Virus record (IMG/VR): IMGVR_UViG_3300043823_000198
Location: 101,634-165,633 of that record
From: a virus
DNA length: 64,000 nt
Strand: one strand, 5' to 3'
Numbering within the stretch: position 1 is the stretch's first letter; each line of letters opens with the position of its first letter. A program made the translations under genes and the position numbers. Below, piece after piece: positions 50,113 to 59,663 of the stretch. The notes under the pieces were generated by a model that saw nothing but the letters and a program-made list of their open reading frames with translations, had not been told where the DNA came from and searched no databases.

Positions 50113-50631
50113 ATGACAGACTTAGACAAAAAAGTAGATGAATTAGAAGCAGCTAAAGAAAAGTACATGAGCGCAAATACTGTTATCAGTATCGGTGGTT
50201 ATGAATTCACACCAGCAAAATTAATGGTGGCATTCACTCTTATCTCTTCAACACTAGGTGGTCTATATGGTGCGTTTGAAGTGTATAAAGACTACCAAGA
50301 TATGAAAACTAAAATCGCCAAATATGTATCACCAGACTTATCTGAGTTCGATAAGCGTCTTGCTGTTTTAGAACAAAATAGTCAGAAGCAGGTTGATGCC
50401 ACTGACACAATTAAAAACGATTTAAAAAGTGATATCCGTCATCTAGGAGATACAGTTGATGCTGTTGAACGTTCTTCTAAACAAACACAACGTGATGTTT
50501 CACAAGACATCCAAGATGTACGTAAAGAACTGCGAACATCATCTAAGGAAACAGAAAGCAGACTTCAACAAATTAGTAAAGATGTTGATAATAAAATTCA
50601 GAAAGCATTAGATAATCCTTTGGCTCACTAA
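50113..50631 (+). CDS. TM plus coiled-coil protein
   Basis: STLGGLYGAFEVYKDY, IQKALDNPL. Confidence 0.65.
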   Translation: MTDLDKKVDELEAAKEKYMSANTVISIGGYEFTPAKLMVAFTLISSTLGGLYGAFEVYKDYQDMKTKIAKYVSPDLSEFDKRLAVLEQNSQKQVDATDTIKNDLKSDIRHLGDTVDAVERSSKQTQRDVSQDIQDVRKELRTSSKETESRLQQISKDVDNKIQKALDNPLAH

Positions 50632-50653
50632 ATAGAAAACAATTGGAGATATT

Positions 50654-50998
50654 ATGAAGAAAATACTTTTGTCTGTATTCGTATTGTTATCTGGCTGTTC
50701 TTTAATGCCAAGATCGCATGATGGCGCAATGTTTGATGATCTAGTGTCAGTAAAAATTGCAATTGAAAAATTAGATTGCTCAAATAGAGATTGGTATTGG
50801 AATGATGCCAAAGATAAAATTAGAAGACTAGAAATTTATACCCAATGGCGTGGAGATCCACAAGCAGGTTCAATCTCACAATTAGGTATTACTCTTGGTA
50901 AAGCTGAAGACACTAAAAATGAAGTTTTTTGCGAAGACCTGTTAAAGATAAATAAAACAAGAATTGAAGTTATCGCTGACGCATGGAAGGGAAGATAA
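50654..50998 (+). CDS. lipoprotein
   Basis: lipobox LLSGC. Confidence 0.7.
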   Translation: MKKILLSVFVLLSGCSLMPRSHDGAMFDDLVSVKIAIEKLDCSNRDWYWNDAKDKIRRLEIYTQWRGDPQAGSISQLGITLGKAEDTKNEVFCEDLLKINKTRIEVIADAWKGR

Positions 50999-51231
50999 TG
51001 TTAGAACAGTTAAGAGAACAAGCAGGATTGGGTGGACCAGCAGCACAATTAGCCAATCAATTATTGGTTATTCGTGAGCAGTATGAGACGCAAATTATTA
51101 CAACTGATGAATATCAATTTCTTTTGCAACAGATTGCTGAAGTTCAAGCAGCACAAGATCTTGCAAACGACGAAGTTGCGATGAGGTTTATAGTCAATTC
51201 AGCTGAATTTCTTGCGAGTCAGCTTTTATAA
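50998..51231 (+). CDS. hypothetical protein
   Basis: coupled ORF. Confidence 0.55.
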   Translation: MLEQLREQAGLGGPAAQLANQLLVIREQYETQIITTDEYQFLLQQIAEVQAAQDLANDEVAMRFIVNSAEFLASQLL

Positions 51232-51253
51232 GTCTAAAGTTTTACTTTAACAT

Positions 51254-51318
51254 AAAACCCTACTGACAGTAGGGTTTTTCATCATTTTGCTTGACATTTA
51301 TTGCAAATAGAGTATAAT
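51254..51318 (+). promoter_or_regulatory. sigma70-type promoter with upstream palindrome
   Basis: AAAACCCTACTG-A-CAGTAGGGTTTT 51254-51278; TTGACA 51291; TATAAT 51313. Confidence 0.8.
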
Positions 51319-51353
51319 TACTGTATAAATTGAAAAATGATGAAAGGTTTGTT

Positions 51354-51656
51354 ATGAAGAAATTTGCGATGAAAGATTTGTTAGTTGCCAAGAATGAAGA
51401 AATTCTGTTAATAACTCAAGAAGAATGTGCCGAGGTTACTCAAGCGATTAGCAAGGTTTTTCGATTTGGTATGGAAGATACATTCAATGGCATCTCTAAT
51501 AGAGAACACTTAGAAGAAGAAGTTGGTGATTTACTTTGTATGATTGACCTTCTTATTGATTCAGGAATGCTTGACGAAACATCTGTTATGGCAGCAAGAT
51601 CTGCTAAACTTAACAAACTGAAAAAATGGACTGGTATTTTTAAGGAAGTTGCATGA
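51354..51656 (+). CDS. MazG-like NTP pyrophosphohydrolase
   Basis: QEECAEVTQAISK..LEEEVGDL. Confidence 0.75.
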   Translation: MKKFAMKDLLVAKNEEILLITQEECAEVTQAISKVFRFGMEDTFNGISNREHLEEEVGDLLCMIDLLIDSGMLDETSVMAARSAKLNKLKKWTGIFKEVA

Positions 51657-52144
51657 CTCGTTGGATTGAAAATGTAAGTAGGGATGCTGTTCGAAATGGA
51701 CATCATTCTGATATGGGTGTTAACTCTATGCTGATTCAGATTGCTGATCCAGCTCAAGGGTTTCCTACACCTAAACATACATTTAAAGAAACCCATACGT
51801 TTGAATTTCTTGATGCAGACGATACTGATAGTTTTCCTGAAGAGTGTCTGATTAGTCAGAATCAAGCAGATGAATTGGTTCGTTTGTTGCAACATGCCCT
51901 TGACAATTCTATGAACGTATTGGTTCATTGTCATGCTGGTATTTGCCGTAGTGGTGCTGTTACTGAAGTTGGCACAATGATGGGTTTTACTGCAACCGAA
52001 AGGTTCCGTATGCCTAATCTGCGTGTGAAACACTTTATGATGAAAACCCTTGGATTGACATACGACTCTGCGGAGCCTACGTCATGGACCAATGGTTGGG
52101 TCACAGAATCTGGAATTGTTATGCCAAATGGAGATTTTGAATGA
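51653..52144 (+). CDS. protein-tyrosine/dual-specificity phosphatase-like protein
   Basis: CX5R motif VHCHAGICRS; PNLRV. Confidence 0.8.
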   Translation: MTRWIENVSRDAVRNGHHSDMGVNSMLIQIADPAQGFPTPKHTFKETHTFEFLDADDTDSFPEECLISQNQADELVRLLQHALDNSMNVLVHCHAGICRSGAVTEVGTMMGFTATERFRMPNLRVKHFMMKTLGLTYDSAEPTSWTNGWVTESGIVMPNGDFE

Positions 52145-52389
52145 AAGGTTTGATCACAAACGACTGGGACAGGGATAATCTGAACTTCTTGCTTAATGCA
52201 AGTCCAGAGACAATGGCTGATTGGGAAGCCACCGTTGATGAAGACGATAAGGTATATGCTCAAGAATTGCTTGATGCGTACGCAGAAGAATTGCGCATTC
52301 AAGCCCATGATCTTGTGATCGAAGGTAAGATGGCGTTGATGATGGAATATAGGGACGCTGATAGCGTGTTAAAGAAATTTGCTTTGTAA
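52141..52389 (+). CDS. hypothetical protein
   Basis: coupled ORF. Confidence 0.55.
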   Translation: MKGLITNDWDRDNLNFLLNASPETMADWEATVDEDDKVYAQELLDAYAEELRIQAHDLVIEGKMALMMEYRDADSVLKKFAL

Positions 52390-52395
52390 GAGAAA

Positions 52396-52542
52396 ATGAT
52401 GTATAATAAACCTTCGAAACCTAGAAATCTTGTAGCAAAAGATTTACGTACTCCAAAATACCGTATGCGTGTTGTGGAGTCGAAGGTTGCTTACACACGC
52501 AAAGTTAAACACAAAGGAAACGCAAATGCCCTACTCTCATAA
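52396..52542 (+). CDS. 48-aa basic protein, ArfA-like (not in ORF track)
   Basis: RNLVAKDLRTPKYRMRVVESKVAYTRKVKHK. Confidence 0.55.
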   Translation: MMYNKPSKPRNLVAKDLRTPKYRMRVVESKVAYTRKVKHKGNANALLS

Positions 52543-52726
52543 GTTGAGTGTTGAAAGTCTTCCAGTTCCAAAAGATTACATTCGGGTTGTGATTGAAACC
52601 GATGTTGGTACGCATATTACTTCTAAAGAGTTATATGCAACGCCAGAAGACTTTCTGGAATTTTGGAAGCCATTAGTTGATTATTATAAAGGATTGAAAA
52701 ATGCAAACAGTATTAAAAACGGATAA
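52526..52726 (+). CDS. hypothetical protein
   Basis: AAGGA SD, ORF track. Confidence 0.5.
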   Translation: MPYSHKLSVESLPVPKDYIRVVIETDVGTHITSKELYATPEDFLEFWKPLVDYYKGLKNANSIKNG

Positions 52727-52997
52727 AGAGTTCGAAGAATTTAAGACCTGGACACTAGGAGTTCTGCATGACAACAGCGTTAAAGATTTGTGCGTTACTT
52801 TCACCAAAGCTGATGGAAGCGAGCGAGAAATGTATTGTACCCTTGTTGAAGGAAGAATCCCCTCAGAGAAACTCCCGAAAACACAGCCAGCAACTGGCCA
52901 GACTACTGGATCCGCAGTACGTGTCTATGATACAGAAAAAGGTGAGTGGCGCAGTTTCCGCTGGGATTCTGTAATTAAAGTTGACTTTACACTGTAA
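52701..52997 (+). CDS. WYL/SH3-like small protein
   Basis: VTFTKADGSEREMYCTL..VYDTEKGEWRSFRWD. Confidence 0.7.
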   Translation: MQTVLKTDKEFEEFKTWTLGVLHDNSVKDLCVTFTKADGSEREMYCTLVEGRIPSEKLPKTQPATGQTTGSAVRVYDTEKGEWRSFRWDSVIKVDFTL

Positions 52998-53005
52998 GGT
53001 TTATT

Positions 53006-53188
53006 ATGAACTCTGATATTTCTGCTGTTCTGTTGTATTTGGCTATTATTGGTCTAATTGTGTATGGTTGGATTAACAATATTGTTATTCTGTTCCATTC
53101 TACATTCACCAATATCACTGGTGAACTTGTATTGAGAGCAATTGGTGTTGTGGTTGGACCACTTGGTGTTGTAATGGGTTATCTATAA
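53006..53188 (+). CDS. small membrane protein
   Basis: two hydrophobic helices. Confidence 0.6.
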   Translation: MNSDISAVLLYLAIIGLIVYGWINNIVILFHSTFTNITGELVLRAIGVVVGPLGVVMGYL

Positions 53189-53204
53189 TCTTAAGGAATA
53201 TATC

Positions 53205-54338
53205 ATGAGTAATTTGAAGCGTCGTCAGGTGATTGAAAAAGCAGAACGTATGTCTAAGGGTGGAGATGAGATTACGCTCAGCGAAGATACTTATCAACGC
53301 GATCTGTTGATTGCTTTGAATTACTACAATTCCAACCATGATGACAAAGACAAGAAGAAGTGGTTCATTACCCACTACGCAAAGATTGATAAAAAAACTG
53401 CCGCAGAGATGCTGAAAGTTGATGAACACCATTTCCGTCATGCAGGTATTCTTACTCGATTGATTGATCTCGGTTCTGAACTTCAAGAGAAGGAACAGAA
53501 CTTTCTAAACGAACGAATTGAATTTTTAAAATCTCAAGTAACTGTTCGTCAAAAATCCCAAGACAAAGCTGATAAGAAAGCTACTGACGCTGAGAAAGCT
53601 GCTGCGCCAGCCAATGTTATTTCAATCCAACAACGCATGGAAGATAAAGCCCATGAGATTGCTGGTGAGATTGAAGGTGCCATCGATGATTTCGTTCTCG
53701 GTGGATGTAAATCTGACTTCTCAACAAAGAACTATCTACTTGCCAATCAGGTAGCAGGTCCAATCGCTAAACGTATTGGAGAATTTTTTGTTTCTACTGC
53801 CAAAGAACTTCGTGAAGCATTAGAAGGTGACGATCCACAATTGGTGGAAGGTTACTCCCATCTAACCAAGCGTGAGCTGAAGCGATTCGCTGAGTTTGTT
53901 GAAGGTATTATTGCCGATTGTCAACAGATGGTTCAAACTGCCAAGGCAAATCGTGCGCCTCGTAAGACTAAACCTGTTTCTCCAACTAAACTCGCATCTA
54001 AGATGAAATATCTTAAAGAGTTTGCAGAGTTGAATCTAAAATCCATTGTTCCTTCAAATTGCGTTGGAGCATCAGAAGTTTGGTTCTATAACACTAAATA
54101 CCGTCGTGTAGGTGTTTATAAAGCAGAGAATGGTACGTTGTCTGTTAAAGGAACAACCATAATTGGGTTTGATATCAAAGAATCTAAAGCATTCACCCTA
54201 CGTAAACCAGAGGATTTCTTCAAGGGATTGTCTCTAGGTAAACGTGCATTGGGTAGTGCTATTAAAACTCTTAAGACCAAACCTTCTCAACCAAATGGAC
54301 GTATTAATGAGGAAACAATTATCCTCGGGGCATTTTAA
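53205..54338 (+). CDS. conserved T4-like hypothetical protein
   Basis: ALNYYN, QLVEGYS, YNTKYR, VKGTTIIGFD, TLRKP, NGRINEETIIL. Confidence 0.7.
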   Translation: MSNLKRRQVIEKAERMSKGGDEITLSEDTYQRDLLIALNYYNSNHDDKDKKKWFITHYAKIDKKTAAEMLKVDEHHFRHAGILTRLIDLGSELQEKEQNFLNERIEFLKSQVTVRQKSQDKADKKATDAEKAAAPANVISIQQRMEDKAHEIAGEIEGAIDDFVLGGCKSDFSTKNYLLANQVAGPIAKRIGEFFVSTAKELREALEGDDPQLVEGYSHLTKRELKRFAEFVEGIIADCQQMVQTAKANRAPRKTKPVSPTKLASKMKYLKEFAELNLKSIVPSNCVGASEVWFYNTKYRRVGVYKAENGTLSVKGTTIIGFDIKESKAFTLRKPEDFFKGLSLGKRALGSAIKTLKTKPSQPNGRINEETIILGAF

Positions 54339-54952
54339 TGGATCATAAAATCAACGTTACGTTTGTTCATGAAGGAATTGACGTGGCGGTGTTTGATAAT
54401 TTTTATTCGGAAGAGCAATTAGAGATAGCATTGAACGAATGCGTTTCTTTAATTCCTCTTCTTTTAACACCTGATAATACAGCATCAGCTGTCGGTAATA
54501 ACAAGCAATTGTTAAAACGTAATCATGGGGCATTTATCGAGGAAAAAAGTTCTTCGGTTGTAGAAATCGATTACAAAATAATAAAAGACAAATCAATACT
54601 CTCATCAATCATTCAATACAATTCTCTATATAGAATGCTGACATCGATGAATAAGACTAGTACTCTCTTGTCGTATTATACGGATGGAGATTACTATGAA
54701 ACCCATACTGATGCAGCAATGTTTACAATGATTGTTTGGATATACAAAGAACCAAAAATTTTCTCTGGTGGAGAACTTATTCTTTACGGTCCAGATAATA
54801 AAGAGATTAAGATAGAATGCTTAAACAATAGAGTTGTTTTATTCCCAAGTTGCACACCACATAGTGTTTCAAAGGTAACAATGCCAGATATTCATGACGC
54901 TGGTAGATTTTGTGTGACACATTTTTTTAATTTTATAGATGAGAAATTATGA
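54338..54952 (+). CDS. prolyl-4-hydroxylase-like 2OG-Fe(II) oxygenase
   Basis: YYETHTD, FSGGEL, NRVVLFPS..PHSV, GRF. Confidence 0.8.
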   Translation: MDHKINVTFVHEGIDVAVFDNFYSEEQLEIALNECVSLIPLLLTPDNTASAVGNNKQLLKRNHGAFIEEKSSSVVEIDYKIIKDKSILSSIIQYNSLYRMLTSMNKTSTLLSYYTDGDYYETHTDAAMFTMIVWIYKEPKIFSGGELILYGPDNKEIKIECLNNRVVLFPSCTPHSVSKVTMPDIHDAGRFCVTHFFNFIDEKL

Positions 54953-55842
54953 TTCTAATTGATTATTCACAAGTAGCATTAAGTGCTATTCTTACATTCC
55001 AACGAGAGTTGAAGGGAACTGATAGTGAGATAAAGAATCTTATCCGCCATGTTACATTGTCAACTATCAAAGCATACAAGAAAAGGTATGGTAAAGAATA
55101 TGGACAGGTTGTTATCTGTTGCGATAGTAGACATTACTGGCGTAAAGAATACTTCGCAAACTATAAAGGTATGCGTAAAGTTGCTCGGGAAAAATCAGAC
55201 CTTAATTGGACATTGATCTTTGACACACTCAGCGAGATGCGTCAGGATATTGCCGATAACTTTCCTTACAAAGTATTGCATGTTGATAGAGCAGAGGCAG
55301 ATGATGTTATCGCTGTACTTACAAAATATGCGCAAGAGAACGAACTCATTCAGGAAGGTTTGGTTGAGGAACCACAGAAGATTTTGATTCTTTCATCTGA
55401 TAAAGATTTTAAACAACTTCAACTATACCCAAATGTTAAACAATGGTCTCCAATGCAGAAAAAGTATGTAACTGCAACGAAAAAAGAAATTATTGATTAT
55501 AAAATTGAACATATTGTTAAGGGTGATGCTGGCGATGGTGTTCCAAATATTCTAAGTAAAGATGATGTGTTTATGGTTGGCGAACGTCAGAAACCTGTAA
55601 GTGGAAAACGTCTCGGCGATTTTATCGAGAATGGTTTTAATGCATGCAAAACTGATGAAGAACGTCGTAATTGGCAAAGAAATGCAACTCTAGTTGATTT
55701 TGATTTTATTCCAGAAGATGTTTCACAATCAATTATTAATTCATACATAAATATCAAACCAAGCGGAGACAAAATGCAGATTATGAATTATCTTATGAAG
55801 CATAAATGTCGATTATTATTAGACGACCTCGAGGACTTTTAA
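54949..55842 (+). CDS. rnh: T4 RNase H (5'-3' exonuclease)
   Basis: ILIDYSQ, YWRK..YK, AEADDVI, SSDKDFKQL, GDAGDGVPN. Confidence 0.93.
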   Translation: MILIDYSQVALSAILTFQRELKGTDSEIKNLIRHVTLSTIKAYKKRYGKEYGQVVICCDSRHYWRKEYFANYKGMRKVAREKSDLNWTLIFDTLSEMRQDIADNFPYKVLHVDRAEADDVIAVLTKYAQENELIQEGLVEEPQKILILSSDKDFKQLQLYPNVKQWSPMQKKYVTATKKEIIDYKIEHIVKGDAGDGVPNILSKDDVFMVGERQKPVSGKRLGDFIENGFNACKTDEERRNWQRNATLVDFDFIPEDVSQSIINSYINIKPSGDKMQIMNYLMKHKCRLLLDDLEDF

Positions 55843-56279
55843 TGCGTAAATATGTGACCCAAATGCTTGATGAGATTCAAGCAGATCCAAAAGTAATTGA
55901 AACATACAAGAACGATGCTGTTCTGAAGATTCTATTTGAGTATGCTTTCGATACATCTAAAAAAATGATTCTTCCAGAGGGAACACCTCCATTCAAACCA
56001 GCATCTGAACCTCTAGGTATGACACCAACAAATTTATTTGGTGAGATGCGCAGGTTATATGTTTTCTGTCGAGAAGACTTAAAACCACTGAAACGTGAGA
56101 GTTTATTCATCTCTTTACTGGAGGGTGTACATCCGTCAGAGGCTGATATTCTGATTGCTGTCAAAGACCAAACTCTTCATAAGAAATATCCAAAGATCAC
56201 TCGAAAACTTGTCACTGATGCTGGGTTCATTCCTCCTGTAGAAAAGAAGGTAAAAGCCAGTGAGACATCTAGAGGATAA
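55842..56279 (+). CDS. conserved T4-like hypothetical protein (DUF6433-like)
   Basis: LPEGTPPF, KRESLFISLLEGVHPSEA. Confidence 0.65.
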   Translation: MRKYVTQMLDEIQADPKVIETYKNDAVLKILFEYAFDTSKKMILPEGTPPFKPASEPLGMTPTNLFGEMRRLYVFCREDLKPLKRESLFISLLEGVHPSEADILIAVKDQTLHKKYPKITRKLVTDAGFIPPVEKKVKASETSRG

Positions 56280-56478
56280 TGATAGAGATTTCATTTTATT
56301 TCTTCTAAGTTTAGAAGAAGATGAATTCAAGATGATGCTTAACTCTATGACTGATGAAGAAGCTCTTGTTGTATTAAATAATATCCAACTCGCAAGAGAA
56401 GAACTTTTTGATGACGAGATGGATAAAAATGGAACTCCAGATGCGATTAAAATTATTGATAGGATAAAAAGAAAATGA
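56260..56478 (+). CDS. hypothetical protein
   Basis: ORF track. Confidence 0.5.
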   Translation: MRHLEDNDRDFILFLLSLEEDEFKMMLNSMTDEEALVVLNNIQLAREELFDDEMDKNGTPDAIKIIDRIKRK

Positions 56479-57284
56479 TGTTCTTTGTAAAAAATAAAAA
56501 AGTTGTTGTTGATTGTTTTACTTATGTTGATGTTGCTTATGATTTTTTTAAAATTAGAAAGGCATTAAGATATTATCCAGAAATAATTAAAAAAATGGAT
56601 CCATTTGTAATTGAAGGTGCCAGAAAAGATCCAAGAACAAATATTAGTATAACAACCCCAACAATTAAAATGTGTACTGGGTTGAATTTGTTATATAAAC
56701 ATGGTGCAATAATGCCATTTTGGACTGATGTTAAGATATGCCCAAAATCATATCTTTCCAATCAGTCTTCAATCGCAATGACAGAACCATGGTATCAAGA
56801 AAAAATACATGAACATCCAAAAGAGCAGTTTGCTGGGATGATGGAAGGATATACTCATATTAAATTTATTGGAGTTTGGAATATACAAGAAAAAAATGGA
56901 ATAAAATTTACTTGGAATCCAGCATTTTGGAATATGGACGTTCTCAATAAAAATCTTCTAATTCCTCCTGGTGTAACATTTTATGATAATCAATGTCAAA
57001 CTAACATAAATGCCTTTGTTAGAAATGATGCTGATGATTTTATACTTAAAGCAGGCACTCCATTAATTCACATAACTCCTTTGACTGAAAAAGAAGTTGA
57101 GTATAAATGTCATCTTGTATCTTATGAAGAATGGATTAAGAAAAATCAGATTACTCTAACGTATCCGAATTTCGTTCCTGGTCTTCGTTGGAACAGAGTT
57201 CTTAAAGACAGAGCTTCTTCAAAAGAGATGGATAGACTTGATGCTGCTGAGAATCGTAAATGTCCATTTGGATTTGGAAAATGA
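56475..57284 (+). CDS. hypothetical protein
   Basis: TIKMCTG, IPPG, KAGTPLIHITP, CPFGFGK end. Confidence 0.6.
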   Translation: MMFFVKNKKVVVDCFTYVDVAYDFFKIRKALRYYPEIIKKMDPFVIEGARKDPRTNISITTPTIKMCTGLNLLYKHGAIMPFWTDVKICPKSYLSNQSSIAMTEPWYQEKIHEHPKEQFAGMMEGYTHIKFIGVWNIQEKNGIKFTWNPAFWNMDVLNKNLLIPPGVTFYDNQCQTNINAFVRNDADDFILKAGTPLIHITPLTEKEVEYKCHLVSYEEWIKKNQITLTYPNFVPGLRWNRVLKDRASSKEMDRLDAAENRKCPFGFGK

Positions 57285-57712
57285 AAGAAAAATGGATTAA
57301 AGCATTCATGGACACAGCGGCAAGGTTCGCTGACTTGTCCAGCGCAGTTCGATTGAAGGTTGGTTCAGTTGTTGTAAAAGACAACCGTATCATCTCTATC
57401 GGATACAACGGCACACCTGCGGGTTGGGACAATGCGTGCGAGTATGTGGAATACGATGACAATGGTGATCCACTTGGAACAAAAACGAAGGACGAAGTTA
57501 TTCATGCAGAAGCCAATGCGATTGCTAAGCTCGCCCGTGATGGTGAGTCTGGTAGTGGCGCTACTTTATTTGCAACTCATGCTCCTTGCGTTCAGTGCGC
57601 CAAACTGATTTACGGTGCAGGAATTACTAAGGTTTACTACAAAAATTCCTACCGAAACACTGCTGGTTTGGATTTTCTAAACAAATGTGGAATTGAAACG
57701 GAACAAGTTTAA
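57281..57712 (+). CDS. cd: dCMP deaminase
   Basis: VGSVVV, GYNG, HAEANAI, PCVQC. Confidence 0.92.
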   Translation: MKEKWIKAFMDTAARFADLSSAVRLKVGSVVVKDNRIISIGYNGTPAGWDNACEYVEYDDNGDPLGTKTKDEVIHAEANAIAKLARDGESGSGATLFATHAPCVQCAKLIYGAGITKVYYKNSYRNTAGLDFLNKCGIETEQV

Positions 57713-59229
57713 TGAAAAATATTGTTATTCTTGGTGGTGGTGCTGCTGGTTGGTTAACATGTTTATTTTTAAAAAAACAATGGCCAACACTTGATATTAC
57801 TGTTGTTGAAGATCCATCTAAACCACCAATAATTGCTGGTGAATCTGGATCATATGCTCTTAATAATCTGTTTAACGATCTTGACATTGATATTTTTCAA
57901 TGGGTTATCAATACCAATGCGATGCCAAAAAATGGCGCCAAATTTCATGATTGGACTAAACTGAATCATACATTCACACATTCAATAATTGATCCTAAAA
58001 GAAGAGAGGAACAAAAACGTAAAACAACCCTTAGCGATATTACGTTTGATATGATCACACTATCAAAAGAAATTACTATCTCAGATTCTTACACCTGGGG
58101 AACTTTAATTCATGAAAACATGGTACCGTTTATTAAAACAGACGATCGTGGGTATGATGCCATGACACACCCAATGTTTCATTTTGATAGCAGAGCAAAT
58201 GCTGCTTACCTGAAAAAACTTGGAATTGAAAGAGGTGGTAAACTTCGTGAAGGAAAGTTTGTTGAGGCGAAACGTGATGTCGATAATGGAAACATTCTTT
58301 CTCTTTTGTTTGATGATGGAACAACTATTGATGGAGACTTTTTTTTTGATTGTTCTGGTTTCGCCAAACTATTGTTGAAGGGTGCGCTTGATGTTAAATT
58401 TGATGACTACTCTCAATATTTTCCAGCATCATCTGTTCTTGGATGGTGGGGATCTGAGATAGAGAATAAATCTTATACTGACATAACTGCTTTAAAAAAT
58501 GGATGGACCTTCAATATCAATATCAGAAACAGAAGCGGTAATGGTTACATTTATGATAATAGTGAAATATCAGTAGATCAGGCTATAGAGGAAATTGAAA
58601 CAAAATTTGGTAAAAAAATTGAACCAATTGCTTCTTTTACATATCAACCAGATCTTGCAACTGAATTTTGGAAAAATAATGTAATTGGTATTGGAATAAG
58701 TACTGGTTTCGTTGAACCGCTTGAATCAAATGGTCTAGGTACTGTTGTGCATAGTATCATTAATCTAAGTCCATACTGGGATCCAGAAAATAAAGATTTT
58801 CATGTTGAACGTAAATTATATAATGAAGAGATGATTAAAATGGCCAAAGGTGTTATTGATTTTTTAAATTTACACTATAGAGGTAAAAGAACAGACACAA
58901 ACTACTGGCGAAAACTTAAAGATCGCAAATTTTGGACTGATAGAGTTTGCGATTATGTTGATCTGTGGAGCAATGGTAATCTTGGTGAGTATACTTTATA
59001 TTCAGCTTATGGTTTCGGAAGTTTTTTTACTGTTGCTCAGGCTCTTGAGCTTATAAATGTTGAAAAAATTAAAGAAAAAGTTTCTAAAGTTGATACTAAT
59101 ATTGTAAAACAATACGATGATATTGTTATACCAATTCAGCAAGAGTACAAAAAGCGTATCTTAAACGAATGCTATAAGATAGATGATTGGAAAAATGCAT
59201 TTTATGCAGGATTGAATAAAAATCCTTGA
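57712..59229 (+). CDS. tryptophan-halogenase-like enzyme (copy 3)
   Basis: GGGAAG, IAGES, AMPKNGAKFHDW, FDCSGF, GWTFNINI, FVEPLES. Confidence 0.85.
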   Translation: MKNIVILGGGAAGWLTCLFLKKQWPTLDITVVEDPSKPPIIAGESGSYALNNLFNDLDIDIFQWVINTNAMPKNGAKFHDWTKLNHTFTHSIIDPKRREEQKRKTTLSDITFDMITLSKEITISDSYTWGTLIHENMVPFIKTDDRGYDAMTHPMFHFDSRANAAYLKKLGIERGGKLREGKFVEAKRDVDNGNILSLLFDDGTTIDGDFFFDCSGFAKLLLKGALDVKFDDYSQYFPASSVLGWWGSEIENKSYTDITALKNGWTFNINIRNRSGNGYIYDNSEISVDQAIEEIETKFGKKIEPIASFTYQPDLATEFWKNNVIGIGISTGFVEPLESNGLGTVVHSIINLSPYWDPENKDFHVERKLYNEEMIKMAKGVIDFLNLHYRGKRTDTNYWRKLKDRKFWTDRVCDYVDLWSNGNLGEYTLYSAYGFGSFFTVAQALELINVEKIKEKVSKVDTNIVKQYDDIVIPIQQEYKKRILNECYKIDDWKNAFYAGLNKNP

Positions 59230-59254
59230 CTTTTATAAATAAATAGAATATAAT
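59226..59254 (+). promoter_or_regulatory. sigma70-type promoter with nested TATAAATA
   Basis: TTGACT-17-TATAAT. Confidence 0.6.
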
Positions 59255-59277
59255 TTATCTAACAGTTGGAGAAATCT

Positions 59278-59583
59278 ATGAAAAAAATTGTATTTGCTTT
59301 ACTTTTCTTAGCTGCAACTGCATCTGATGCATGTTGCTATCGTGGTCCATATTTTCATGGTGGACCAGTTGGTTGCTGTGTCAGTGGATGGGTTGCTCCT
59401 GCTCTAGTTGGTGGAGTTATTGGTTATGAGTTAGCAAAACCAAATACTGTTGTTGTTCAACCACCTGTTGTTGTTCAACAACCAGTAGTTACTCAATTAC
59501 CTCCTGCTCCGTATGGCTATCACTATCAAATGATGGTGAATCCTCAAAATAATTTTCAACAATGGGTCTTAGTACCAAACTAA
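59278..59583 (+). CDS. secreted Pro/Val-rich protein
   Basis: signal peptide, GWVAPALVGGVIGYEL, VVQPP repeats. Confidence 0.65.
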   Translation: MKKIVFALLFLAATASDACCYRGPYFHGGPVGCCVSGWVAPALVGGVIGYELAKPNTVVVQPPVVVQQPVVTQLPPAPYGYHYQMMVNPQNNFQQWVLVPN

Positions 59584-59601
59584 GATGTATATATATTAAA
59601 T

Positions 59602-59656
59602 AACCCTACAAAAAGTAGGGGAATTGCTTGACATTTAACCAAAGGCGTAATATAAT
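59602..59656 (+). promoter_or_regulatory. sigma70-type promoter with upstream palindrome, driving leader/tRNA region
   Basis: CCCTAC-AAAAA-GTAGGG 59604-59620; TTGACA 59628; TATAAT 59651. Confidence 0.8.
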
Positions 59657-59663
59657 TTCTACT

